Positions 14,165-21,017 of a stretch of DNA of 39,174 bases are shown piece by piece. Each line of letters starts with the position of its first letter. Position 1 is the stretch's first letter. Source of the stretch: a virus. Both the position numbers and the translations under genes were made by a program. The stretch covers positions 1-39,174 of the IMG/VR virus record IMGVR_UViG_3300012971_000014; one strand, written 5' to 3'. Below the pieces are notes generated by a model, which was given only the letters and a program-made list of their open reading frames with translations, was not told the DNA's origin and did not search any database.

Positions 14165-14313
14165 GAAGTGCCGCCCAGTGACGCCCAGTGCCGCCCCGGG
14201 CGTCACTACCCAGTCTCCACGACTGCCGCCCGCTGCTCTTTAAGAGCGGGCGGGAGTCAGTGGGTAGTGCTTCGGGCGGCTGTTTCAAACGACAGCCGCC
14301 CGGGCGGCACTTC
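14165..14313. other. 149-nt nested four-arm inverted-repeat/iteron element (candidate replication origin, structured RNA or MITE)
   Basis: Perfect complementary pairs read directly: 14165-14176/14302-14313 (12 bp), 14177-14186/14198-14207 (10 bp), 14204-14212/14261-14269 (9 bp), 14221-14234/14245-14258 (14 bp, 1 mismatch) and 14273-14283/14292-14302 (11 bp). Three tandem 10-mers AGTG(C/A)CGCCC at 14167-14196. Confidence 0.6.
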
Positions 14314-14324
14314 GATGCGGGTGG

Positions 14325-14780
14325 ATGCGGTTCATGGGAACTGAAGACTTTGGGGGCCCGCGTTCGCTCATGCGTGCGGCCGCATTGTACGGGTGGCAAC
14401 TGCGGCCCACTGCGGCCGGGTTCGCCATGGATCCGGCCGAGCGCGCCGATGCAGCCGCGTCCCCGGCCATCCAGATGCCCGAGGAGCTGACGGCGGCGAT
14501 GGATGCGCACGCGACGCGCATCAGGGAGCTCCTCGTCGACGATGTGCGTTTTGAGATCGCCAGCATGATCGCCGGCGTCATCCGCGGGCGCACCGACTTG
14601 CCACCCATCGAGCCGACGGACCGCGTGCGTGCACTCAGGGGCAATCTGGATACTGAGGCTGCAGCGTACGATGCGGGCGCCAAGACGCTCTCGGAGCTGC
14701 GCGCCGCCATCCGCGCGCTTGAGCAAGCCCTGAATCTTGAGACCGCCGTGGCGCGGCGCCAGCGACGGACGGGCAAGTAA
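14325..14780 (+). CDS. hypothetical protein (151 aa; alternative start ATG 14427 gives 117 aa)
   Basis: The ORF-track protein has a helical C-terminal half (RVRALRGNLDTEAAAYDAGAKTLSELRAAIRALEQALNLE). Start is ambiguous. Confidence 0.55.
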   Translation: MRFMGTEDFGGPRSLMRAAALYGWQLRPTAAGFAMDPAERADAAASPAIQMPEELTAAMDAHATRIRELLVDDVRFEIASMIAGVIRGRTDLPPIEPTDRVRALRGNLDTEAAAYDAGAKTLSELRAAIRALEQALNLETAVARRQRRTGK

Positions 14781-14799
14781 CACGGGAGGAGGGTTGGTG

Positions 14800-15174
14800 A
14801 TGGGCAACGAACCATTTCGCGAATGTCCGCGATTCGACGCCTGCAGTTGCAACGTGTGCCCGCTGGATCCGCTGGCGCATCTGCGCGACGCGCTCGGCGG
14901 CGAGGAGGAATGTCGCGCGACGCGCTCGACGAGAGAGACGATCGCGGCGAGACATCTCGGCGTGCTGCCATCTGGCGGCCGCCTACCGCATGAGATCGCA
15001 CGGGACAAACGCCGCGCCTCATGGGCAGCGCTGCCAGAAGACCATCCCACCAAGGTTGCGCTGCAGATCGGGCGCCGCTCGTTCCGCAAACGCGATTTGC
15101 CCACGCCCAAAAAGGACGGGACCCAATCAGCCGAGCCCGATGGCCAGATCGTCGGTCGGGATAAAAATGCGTGA
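14800..15174 (+). CDS. hypothetical Cys-rich protein (124 aa)
   Basis: Internal ATG 14800 of ORF 14737..15174, preceded by GGGAGGAGGG (14784-14793). Sequence MGNEPFRECPRFDACSCNVCPLDP... Confidence 0.7.
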   Translation: MGNEPFRECPRFDACSCNVCPLDPLAHLRDALGGEEECRATRSTRETIAARHLGVLPSGGRLPHEIARDKRRASWAALPEDHPTKVALQIGRRSFRKRDLPTPKKDGTQSAEPDGQIVGRDKNA

Positions 15175-15685
15175 GAACCCTGTTACTGTAACGACGCTTA
15201 CAACCGAGCCGCTCCTGCGGTTTTTCGTGCCGGGCACGCCGCGCGCGCAGGGATCGAATCATGTCGCGGGCGCGACCAAACAGGGCCGCTTGTTTGTGCG
15301 CGTCACCGACGGTGCCGAGCTCACGAGCTGGCGCAAGTCGGTCGCCACTGTCGCGCGCGCCGCCATGCTCGACGCCCGCGTGCGCCTCGTCGAGGGCGCG
15401 CCGATCTTCGGGGTGCTCACGTTCACGCGCCTGCGCCCGCGCGCGCACCTGAACGCGGCCGGCGATATCAAACCCAAGCACGCCGCCAGTCTGCCAATCA
15501 CCAAACCCGATTACGATAAGCTGGCGCGCGCCGTGTCCGATGCATTGACCGGCGTTTTCTATCGCGACGACGCCCAATGCACGACGATGCTCATTCGCAA
15601 GCGATTTGCTCAATGCCAGGGCGCGCTCGTCGAGCTTTGGTTCGATCACTCGGATCCCGATTTTGCCGTCGAGGATAACCGATGA
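15167..15685 (+). CDS. rusA: RusA-family Holliday junction resolvase (172 aa)
   Basis: Internal ATG 15167 of ORF 14990..15685. KPDYDKLARAVSDALTGVFYRDDAQC matches the RusA catalytic signature (PDxDNL.K..lDaL....y.DD.q). Confidence 0.88.
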   Translation: MRENPVTVTTLTTEPLLRFFVPGTPRAQGSNHVAGATKQGRLFVRVTDGAELTSWRKSVATVARAAMLDARVRLVEGAPIFGVLTFTRLRPRAHLNAAGDIKPKHAASLPITKPDYDKLARAVSDALTGVFYRDDAQCTTMLIRKRFAQCQGALVELWFDHSDPDFAVEDNR

Positions 15686-16746
15686 TTCGCGCACCGTTCC
15701 CCTATTTCGGCGGCAAGTCGTCGATCATCGATATCGTCTGGCAACGTCTTGGCCGTCCAAAGCAATACATTGAACCTTTCTGCGGATCGGCGGCCATCCT
15801 TCTCGGCGCGGCGGCGCCAGCATCACTTGAGGTCGTAAACGACATTAATGGATTCATCGCCAATTTTTGGCGCGCCACGAAATATCAGCCGGGGGATGTT
15901 GCCAGATGGGCAGATTATCCGGTGAGCCATATCGATATCGGCGCGCGACACCGCTGGCTCATGGAGCAACGTGCGCGCATCGGCGACGCGCTCCTTGAGC
16001 CGGAATGGCCTGGCGATGCCAAGATCGCAGGATGGTGGTTATGGGGGCAATGTTGCTGGATTGGATCTGGCTGGTGTGAGTGGCTCGGCAAGATTCCACA
16101 CGTGAGCGACGCAGGCAGGGGCATTCAGGCCATCGGCAAGATCCCATACGTGAGCAGCGCAGGCATGGGCATTCATGCCATCGGCCAGATCCCACACGTG
16201 GGCGACGCAGGCATGGGCATTCATGCCATCGGCAAGATTCCACACGTGAGCGACGCAGGCAGGGGCATTCAGGCCATCGGCAAGATTCCACACGTGAGCG
16301 GCCCAAGCATGGGCGCTATGCTGACATCCGCTGGCCGCGTGGCATGGTATCAACTGCATCGCATCGCCGACCGTCTCGAGCGCGTGCGAATTCTCCACGG
16401 CGACTGGCAGCGCTGCCTAAATTCTCATTATGGCGCCACCAATACTGCTGTCTTTTTCGATCCGCCATATGCTGGGAATGAGGAGATATATCGCACGGAT
16501 CCCGTCGCGCCAATCGTCGAATCATGGGCGAAAGAGAACGCATGCATGCGCATCGCCCTATGCGGCCTCGTCGGCGATTACGACTTGCCAGGCTGGGAGA
16601 TCGTACGATGGTCGCGCGACCGACATACTTACGGGAGCAACAAAACGACGCGTATGGAGGCGATATGGTTCTCCCCTGCGTGCGCGCCGCCTATGCAGGG
16701 TGACCTTTTTTCGATCGTGAGGGAATGCAATGCGCAAGATGATTGA
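15682..16746 (+). CDS. D12-class (Dam-like, alpha-order) N6-adenine DNA methyltransferase with internal 16-aa tandem repeats (354 aa)
   Basis: N-terminal PYFGGKSSI...YIEPFCGSAAILLG (motif I region) and C-terminal FFDPPYAG (motif IV). The repeats GKIPHVSDAGRGIQAI lie between them. Confidence 0.9.
   Translation: MIRAPFPYFGGKSSIIDIVWQRLGRPKQYIEPFCGSAAILLGAAAPASLEVVNDINGFIANFWRATKYQPGDVARWADYPVSHIDIGARHRWLMEQRARIGDALLEPEWPGDAKIAGWWLWGQCCWIGSGWCEWLGKIPHVSDAGRGIQAIGKIPYVSSAGMGIHAIGQIPHVGDAGMGIHAIGKIPHVSDAGRGIQAIGKIPHVSGPSMGAMLTSAGRVAWYQLHRIADRLERVRILHGDWQRCLNSHYGATNTAVFFDPPYAGNEEIYRTDPVAPIVESWAKENACMRIALCGLVGDYDLPGWEIVRWSRDRHTYGSNKTTRMEAIWFSPACAPPMQGDLFSIVRECNAQDD
16087..16320 (+). repeat. 48-bp in-frame tandem repeat, 4 full copies plus a diverged fifth
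   Basis: Copies at 16087-16134, 16135-16182, 16183-16230 and 16231-16278, with a partial from 16279. Copies 1 and 4 are identical, and copies 2 and 3 differ from each other at 4 positions. Confidence 0.95.
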
Positions 16747-17224
16747 ACACGGTCAATACGCGGCGCCCTGGCGCGACCGCGAAGGAGGCGAGGAATACAA
16801 TCCTGTCTCGGTGCGCTCCGGCCGCCAAGTCGCCCAATCGCGTGCCGAGCGCGATTACGCCGAGTCCATCGACGCCATTCCCACCGACGAGCATCCGGCC
16901 GGCGGCCTATGGGATCACGCGCAAGAACCGCGCGCGCTCGCCGCTGCGAGTCCGCGCCCGGTCCATCCATCACAAGTGCCGGCGCCGCGCTACGATGAGA
17001 AACCGATGCGCCGATTCGTCGAACGCCATGCTTCGGAGCTCCCGCTCGGCGACCTCGACATCTTCATGTGGTTTTGGCACGAGCGCCGCTCGTATTCGGA
17101 CATCGCCAGACAGACAGGCAGCGATCGCGAGATGATCAGGCAGCGCGTCAAGCGATTGCGCCATCGGCTCAACGAGCGTTGGCCGCCGTCGCATTGCCCC
17201 AAAACCCGTGGGTCAAATCTCTAG
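16730..17224 (+). CDS. putative late-gene regulator with sigma-70 region-4-like HTH (164 aa)
   Basis: LPLGDLDIFMWFWHERRSYSDIARQTGSDREMIRQRVKRLRHRLNE resembles sigma region 4 / LuxR-type HTH. Located between the replication/nin-like genes and the packaging genes. Confidence 0.55.
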   Translation: MRKMIEHGQYAAPWRDREGGEEYNPVSVRSGRQVAQSRAERDYAESIDAIPTDEHPAGGLWDHAQEPRALAAASPRPVHPSQVPAPRYDEKPMRRFVERHASELPLGDLDIFMWFWHERRSYSDIARQTGSDREMIRQRVKRLRHRLNERWPPSHCPKTRGSNL

Positions 17225-17227
17225 GGT

Positions 17228-17545
17228 ATGAGCCTCGACATCGAAACCATGATCGGCTGGCCGAGAATGCAATCCGCGATCGAGGCTGTAAAGGCAGCGC
17301 AGACGCAAGTCGACGCCGACCGCGCCGCCGCCGAGGATGCGCAGGCGACGCTGGCCGCCAAGAATGCCGCGCTTACCTCGAGCACCGACGCGCTCACGCG
17401 AGCGCAGGCGGAACTCGTCGCCGCGATGGATGCGCTCACCCGAGAGATGTGCGCCGCCGCGCAGGCGCAGAGTGCCGTCGAGCTTCCGACACCTGGCCCG
17501 TCGACGGAGAAACCCCAGGCGACCGCCACGACCGGTGTCATCTAG
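17228..17545 (+). CDS. Ala/Gln-rich coiled-coil protein (105 aa)
   Basis: ORF-track protein with a long helical low-complexity stretch (VKAAQTQVDADRAAAEDAQATLAAKNAALTSSTDALTRAQAELVAAMDAL). Confidence 0.6.
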   Translation: MSLDIETMIGWPRMQSAIEAVKAAQTQVDADRAAAEDAQATLAAKNAALTSSTDALTRAQAELVAAMDALTREMCAAAQAQSAVELPTPGPSTEKPQATATTGVI

Positions 17546-17806
17546 GTGCAATATCTTTCGCCCATGTAGGTGCATCTGGGCTGCAAAGATGCATGCACGA
17601 TTTTGTCGTTCGGCCGCCATGTACGCGGAGGTGTGCCCCCGGTTTTGAAAAAGGCGCCGCGACCTACCGGGCTTCTCGCGGAATTTGGCGCCAATCCGAA
17701 CCAAAATCAGCCATTTCGCTCTGTTTTCGCTTGATTTGCCCGGATTTCCGCGAGTCCAGCGACGTTTTCACCTACATTCATGCCTGCATTGCCGCAGCAC
17801 CTACAT
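17543..17806. promoter_or_regulatory. array of four copies of a 9-10-bp motif (ATGTAGGTGC) bracketing a 272-bp non-coding region
   Basis: taggtgca at 17543-17550 and atgtaggtgc at 17564-17573 (plus orientation). cacctacat at 17769-17777 and gcacctacat at 17797-17806 (minus orientation). No convincing ORF between 17546 and 17816. Confidence 0.4.
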
Positions 17807-17816
17807 CGGGACCGCC

Positions 17817-18167
17817 ATGTTGGACCCCACGCAGATCACCGTTGACAAATTCGGTTGCTGGCGCTTCACCGGCCGTCTGAACAGCCGTGGATACGCGCCC
17901 CACAAGCGGATCTATGAATCCCAGCGCGGCGCCTTGCCGCCGGGTGTCCAGCTCGATCATCTGTGCCGCCGCCGCACCTGCGTGAACCCCAGGCACCTAG
18001 AACCCGTCTCCCGCTCGGCGAATCTCGAGCGGCGAAACGCCTGGCACCGCCGCTTCATTGCCGCATGCCCCGAGGGGCATCGATTGACGCCGGAGACGAC
18101 GCTAAGAACCCCGGAGGGTGGCGTGGTTTGCACCATCTGCCCGCTGGATGGCCCCGATGGCCAGTAA
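17817..18167 (+). CDS. HNH endonuclease (116 aa)
   Basis: Internal ATG 17817 of ORF 17685..18167. GYAPHKRIYES...VQLDHLCRRRTCVNPRHLEPVSRSANLERRN is the HNH_3-type signature. Confidence 0.88.
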   Translation: MLDPTQITVDKFGCWRFTGRLNSRGYAPHKRIYESQRGALPPGVQLDHLCRRRTCVNPRHLEPVSRSANLERRNAWHRRFIAACPEGHRLTPETTLRTPEGGVVCTICPLDGPDGQ

Positions 18168-18489
18168 CAACAGCCTCGACGTCAAGGCGCGCCTCGACGA
18201 GGCGATCGCGATCCAGCGTCGGCGCATCTATGAATTCGGCATCCAGAAAAAGCCGGTGCAGCGCGACTACAACGAGGCGATGCGCTGTATGGCCATGCTC
18301 CTTAAAGAAGCGCGCTCCTTTGTGAAGGACAATATCCGTTATTCCAAATCGCTTTCGCTCGAGGAAAAGCGCGAGGTGATCGTGGGTTGGTTTGCCACCC
18401 TTCCCACGCAACAAAAGCGCCAGCTCCTCGACGAACTCAATCGGTCGATGGATCTCGGGATCGTGAGGAAAGATGAGCGAACCGGATAG
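18157..18489 (+). CDS. hypothetical protein (110 aa); small-terminase candidate by position only
   Basis: Internal ATG 18157 of ORF 18118..18489 (MASNNSLDVKARLDEAIAIQRRR...). Lies between HNH and the large terminase. Confidence 0.55.
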   Translation: MASNNSLDVKARLDEAIAIQRRRIYEFGIQKKPVQRDYNEAMRCMAMLLKEARSFVKDNIRYSKSLSLEEKREVIVGWFATLPTQQKRQLLDELNRSMDLGIVRKDERTG

Positions 18490-18703
18490 CTACTTTGTAT
18501 GCCCGTCGTGTAAGTCGGGGTTCGCCGAGAAACCCAAGGGACTCTGCCCGGCGTGCGGCAGCCCTCTCGACGACGATCTCACCGGCCTTGAGGACCCGGC
18601 CGAGGATCCGGCCGTCGAGGAGTCGATCGAGGCCTCCGACGACGCGGCGCCGCCGCCGCTCGAGCCGCACCATCACCGTTCGCACAAGCGGAGCCGCCGA
18701 TGA
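18473..18703 (+). CDS. small zinc-ribbon protein with acidic tail (76 aa; CPSC...CPAC)
   Basis: ORF-track protein MSEPDSYFVCPSCKSGFAEKPKGLCPACGSPL... Confidence 0.65.
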   Translation: MSEPDSYFVCPSCKSGFAEKPKGLCPACGSPLDDDLTGLEDPAEDPAVEESIEASDDAAPPPLEPHHHRSHKRSRR

Positions 18704-18840
18704 TCCTCACCGTCGTCCTTGTCCTCGCGGTTCTGGCGCTGATCGCCGCCGTGATTGCCGCCATGGGGCGCGCGCCGATCTGGGTGTCCGTGATCCTCCT
18801 CTGCGTGCTGGAGCTCCTGCGCGCCCTGCCTCTGAAATAA
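18700..18840 (+). CDS. small hydrophobic protein, two predicted TM helices (46 aa; below the ORF-track cutoff)
   Basis: My translation: MILTVVLVLAVLALIAAVIAAMGRAPIWVSVILLCVLELLRALPLK. ATGA overlap with the upstream stop. Confidence 0.55.
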   Translation: MILTVVLVLAVLALIAAVIAAMGRAPIWVSVILLCVLELLRALPLK

Positions 18841-18849
18841 GGATTCGCC

Positions 18850-19083
18850 ATGCCGCATTTGAAGCAGGTGACGATGGTTGAAGAACCATCCTGGCAACAC
18901 TCCCGCATCCTCCAGGCGGAGAGCGACCTCGAGATCGTCCTCGAAGGTTCCATGATCCACGTCCGCATCGTCGGCGCCACCCCGCGAGCGGTCCGCCTCC
19001 GCCACGCCCTCGGCGGTGCGTCGGAATTCTATCTCGGCCGCTGGGATCAAGCGGTCCCCGTCGAGGACAAGCCCAAGAAGTAA
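18850..19083 (+). CDS. hypothetical protein (77 aa)
   Basis: AAGGA RBS 6 nt upstream of ATG 18850. Lies immediately upstream of the large terminase. Confidence 0.6.
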   Translation: MPHLKQVTMVEEPSWQHSRILQAESDLEIVLEGSMIHVRIVGATPRAVRLRHALGGASEFYLGRWDQAVPVEDKPKK

Positions 19084-19085
19084 AA

Positions 19086-20660
19086 ATGGAGTCTCGGCTC
19101 GAAGCAGTCTTTCAGGAGCTGGCGCGCGAACGCGCCGGCCGAACGCGGAACACGAGCGCCATGCGCGCCACCAAGCTCCTTGACCGGCTCCTCCCGATGC
19201 AGCGCGCATTCGTCGACGATCCGTCGACGAGGAAAGCCATCCTATGCCCATCGCGCGCCGGCAAGAGTTACACCCTCGCGCTCTATCTCCTTCACACCCT
19301 CTGCACCGTTCCGCGCGCCAGCGTCCTTTACGTTGCGTTCATCCGGTCGGAAGCCAAGGAGATCATGTGGCAACTGATCAAGGGCCTCGATGAGGAGTTT
19401 GAGCTTGGCCTCACGTTCGGCGAGGCGGATCTCACGATCAACACCCGGCGCGGCGGCGTGGCCAGGCTCGCCGGCTGCGGCTCCTGGGGCGATATTGACA
19501 AATTTCGCGGCGTGCCGCGCCACCTTGTCATCCTCGACGAGTCCGCCACGTGGAACGCCCAACTTCTCAGCGATCTGGTTTACAAGGTGATCGAGCCGCG
19601 TCTCGGCGATTACAAGGGGACGCTGGTTATGGCCGGGACACCCGGCGAGGTTTTGGCTGGCCCGTTTTACGACGTGACCGGCCCGAATGCGTTCAACGTC
19701 ACTGCCGCCGACGACGGAACGATGCGCGCCATGTCGCGCCCCTATGCCGAGCGCGCCGACGGCAAATGGCGAGATATCCAGTGGGCATGGTCCGTTCATG
19801 GCTGGCCTAAGTCCGCGAACACCAGCGAGCCCGGTCAGAACGCATGGGCCGAGGCCCTGAAGTTGAAGGAGCGTAACGGCTGGAGTAACGAAAGCCCGAT
19901 CTGGGTGAGGGAGCATCTCGGCCGCTGGATCGCCGACGATTCGAAGCTCGTCTCTCGCTACGACGCCGGCCGCGACGACTGGACGCCAGGGGCGCGCACT
20001 GCGGAGAATCCGTTTGGTCTGCCCGAGGGGCATGCCTGGCGATTCGTCGTCGCCTGCGATATGGGCTTTCACGACCCGTTTGCGTTGCAAGTCGGCGCCT
20101 ATTCGGACACGCACCCCGATCTCCACCAGGTATACGAATACGAGGCGACCGGACTCACCGTCACCGGCGTCGCCGATGCCATCCGCAAAGTCCATGCGCT
20201 CATCGACCCCGAGGACATCGAGATCGAGGTTGGCGATATGCAGGGCTTGGGCGGCATGGTGATCGAGACGCTCGCCACGGAACACGGGATTTACCTCGAG
20301 CCCTTGGCGCAGAAAGACAAGCGGGACCATATCGAAATGGCCAACGCCGGATTCGTCGACGGGCGGATCAAGATCCTCCGCGGCTCGCGCCTTGCGCAGG
20401 AGATGCTCTATCTCGCCTGGGATGTGTCGCTCATGAAACCACGCGGCAATCAGGCCAATCACAATTTCGACGCCTGGCTCGGGGTGGTCCGCCATTCCCG
20501 GCACCTCGATGCCCGGCCGGCGCTCATTCTCCCTAAGCCAGGGACCCCGGAGTTTCGCGCCGAGCGCGAGAACGCCGAGGAAGATCGCATCGCCAGCCGC
20601 GAGAAGAAACGCGCGCATCATGGCGGCGGTCTCAACGACGAAGCCGAATGGCGGGAATGA
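19086..20660 (+). CDS. terL: Terminase large subunit (524 aa)
   Basis: Walker A-like CPSRAGKSYT, Walker B LVILDESATW and nuclease-domain Asp region VVACDMGFHDPFAL. Lies upstream of the portal. Confidence 0.92.
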   Translation: MESRLEAVFQELARERAGRTRNTSAMRATKLLDRLLPMQRAFVDDPSTRKAILCPSRAGKSYTLALYLLHTLCTVPRASVLYVAFIRSEAKEIMWQLIKGLDEEFELGLTFGEADLTINTRRGGVARLAGCGSWGDIDKFRGVPRHLVILDESATWNAQLLSDLVYKVIEPRLGDYKGTLVMAGTPGEVLAGPFYDVTGPNAFNVTAADDGTMRAMSRPYAERADGKWRDIQWAWSVHGWPKSANTSEPGQNAWAEALKLKERNGWSNESPIWVREHLGRWIADDSKLVSRYDAGRDDWTPGARTAENPFGLPEGHAWRFVVACDMGFHDPFALQVGAYSDTHPDLHQVYEYEATGLTVTGVADAIRKVHALIDPEDIEIEVGDMQGLGGMVIETLATEHGIYLEPLAQKDKRDHIEMANAGFVDGRIKILRGSRLAQEMLYLAWDVSLMKPRGNQANHNFDAWLGVVRHSRHLDARPALILPKPGTPEFRAERENAEEDRIASREKKRAHHGGGLNDEAEWRE

Positions 20661-20783
20661 ATCGGGCATAGCTCCGCCGGAGTCCGGACCGCGATTGGCT
20701 TGCTTGGCGAGAGCAAATGATGCGTGCAGGGGCCGGACCGCCCGGTAGAGCGCAGAGCTTAGCACGCGCCCTAGGAACCGCAA

Positions 20784-21017
20784 ATGATCGACGTCCACGA
20801 CGCAAATCGCTTGCTCGAATGGATGCGCCTGAACCGCGTCCGCCATGCGCGTCTAGGCCACGTCGAGATCTGGCTCGACGAGGATGCGCCGCAGCCGGCC
20901 GCACTCGAGGAGCTCCCCAAGTCTGAGCCGCGGAGTTACGCCGACCCGCTCGACGATCCGGATCTCTGGGGTGGCCAACCGCCGCCCAATTTCCTCGTTG
21001 AGGACGAAAAGAAATGA
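20784..21017 (+). CDS. hypothetical protein (77 aa)
   Basis: ORF-track protein. ATGA overlap with the portal start. Confidence 0.6.
   Translation: MIDVHDANRLLEWMRLNRVRHARLGHVEIWLDEDAPQPAALEELPKSEPRSYADPLDDPDLWGGQPPPNFLVEDEKK

Noticed and set aside
14165-14313. The cloverleaf topology suggested a tRNA or tmRNA-like gene.
   Set aside because: The stems are 9-14 bp rather than 4-7 bp. There is no GTTCRANYC T-loop, no anticodon-loop geometry and no CCA-compatible 3' end. At 149 nt it is too long.
14153-14344. ORF 14153..14344 (63 aa) lies within the helicase-downstream region.
   Set aside because: It is composed of the inverted-repeat arms themselves. Its translation is Arg/Pro/Ser-rich and there is no RBS. 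The nested palindromes explain it better.
16087-16320. The regular 48-bp repeats here and at the window ends (1-121, 39093-39174) could be CRISPR arrays.
   Set aside because: The units are directly contiguous with no spacers. They lie in frame inside protein-coding genes, and no cas genes are present.
20683-20740. A 9-bp direct repeat CCGGACCGC (20683-20691 and 20732-20740) in the gap after terL could be a packaging or regulatory site.
   Set aside because: It is a short GC-only word that could easily recur by chance in this composition, and there is no supporting symmetry or additional copies.
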